32,000 bases of DNA from Sinorhizobium meliloti (GTDB taxonomy: Bacteria; Pseudomonadota; Alphaproteobacteria; Rhizobiales; Rhizobiaceae), in the NCBI RefSeq assembly GCF_017876815.1, contig NZ_JAGIOS010000001.1:2190001-2222000 (forward strand), read 5' to 3'. Below, piece by piece: positions 31,793 through 32,000 of the stretch (position 1 is the stretch's first letter; every line of letters begins with the position of its first letter). The notes under the pieces are model-generated. The model did no database searches. It was not told the DNA's origin and was given only the letters and a program-made list of their open reading frames with translations. Made by a program: the position numbers and the translations under genes.

Positions 31793-32000
31793 GTTGCGGC
31801 CTCCCTCAATGCGGCGAGTGCGCCGGACAGTTCGTGTTGCTGCTCGGCCGCCCGACGATAGGCAGCAAGCGCGGCCCGGTAGACCTTGCGCGCTTCCGGC
31901 GCGGGTTCGCTGCGTCCTTCCGCAACGTGCAGCGTGCGGATCGGCAGGAAGTCCTCCCACAGACCCATGCCGACGAAGGCCAGCGCCGCAGCACCGAGTG
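31789..32000 (-). CDS. FGGY-family carbohydrate kinase, C-terminal fragment; gene continues past the window end
   Basis: Not in the ORF track. Reverse frame from 31998: LGAAALAFVGMGLWEDFLPIRTLHVAEGRSEPAPEARKVYRAALAAYRRAAEQQHELSGALAALREAAT*. GAA.LA..G.G and the P...Y..Y tail are typical FGGY C-termini. Its TGA overlaps the next gene's ATG (ATGA at 31792-31789). Confidence 0.6.
   Translation of the reverse strand, partial: LGAAALAFVGMGLWEDFLPIRTLHVAEGRSEPAPEARKVYRAALAAYRRAAEQQHELSGALAALREAAT

Noticed and set aside
31806-31994. 62-aa minus-strand ORF at the window end
   Set aside because: Its translation is junk. A different minus-strand frame is open to the window edge, has an FGGY C-terminal signature, and ends in an ATGA overlap with the next gene. 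That frame is annotated instead.
1-32000. Search for CRISPR arrays, tRNA/rRNA genes, IS elements, integrases, phage genes, toxin-antitoxin pairs or defence systems
   Set aside because: I saw no direct-repeat/spacer arrays, cloverleaf-like sequences, transposase or recombinase ORFs, or terminal inverted repeats. All sizeable ORFs are accounted for by metabolic, transport or regulatory genes. By-eye scanning cannot exclude small ncRNAs.

Overview
High-GC, gene-dense window that looks like accessory metabolism from an alphaproteobacterium (Rhizobiaceae-like). That placement is an inference from composition, gene families and the intergenic repeats. I support 32 protein-coding genes, two of them truncated at the window edges and absent from the ORF track. 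I found no rRNA, tRNA, CRISPR array, transposase, integrase or recognisable defence or toxin genes. There are four functional blocks. (1) 1-12412: a nitrogen-compound catabolic cluster. It is a long minus-strand gene chain: N-formylglutamate-amidohydrolase-family gene, isochorismatase-like hydrolase, Liv-type ABC transporter (SBP, two ATPases, two permeases), a second isochorismatase-like hydrolase, and a class-III aminotransferase. A convergent TRZ/ATZ-type amidohydrolase and a divergent RpiR regulator plus glutamine-synthetase-like gene flank it. (2) 12549-13829: a group-III truncated haemoglobin and a thioredoxin-fold protein. (3) 13897-18695: a fumarate-reductase/APS-reductase-class flavoprotein, a 2x[4Fe-4S] ferredoxin and a NitT/TauT (sulfonate/nitrate/taurine-type) ABC importer, followed by a DHA2-type MFS transporter. 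(4) 20370-32000: a sugar or polyol locus with a transketolase paralog, three FGGY kinases, two SDR dehydrogenases, a ribose-type ABC transporter and a GntR/HutC regulator. Points worth a second look: a perfect 18-bp palindrome in the tkt promoter with a 14/18 match in the divergent SDR/ABC promoter next to the GntR gene; a G13 homopolymer inside a long structured leader; the two-paralog isochorismatase architecture with no assignable pathway; the AprAB-like flavoprotein/ferredoxin pair joined to a sulfonate-type importer; a terminator-like hairpin and a Shine-Dalgarno-sequestering hairpin in two leaders; and two families of Rhizobiales-type intergenic repeats. Nothing resembles a defence or mobile system, so the novelty candidates are metabolic and regulatory and remain hypotheses. 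Many long ORFs in the track are antisense or alternate-frame shadows typical of high-GC DNA and were rejected.
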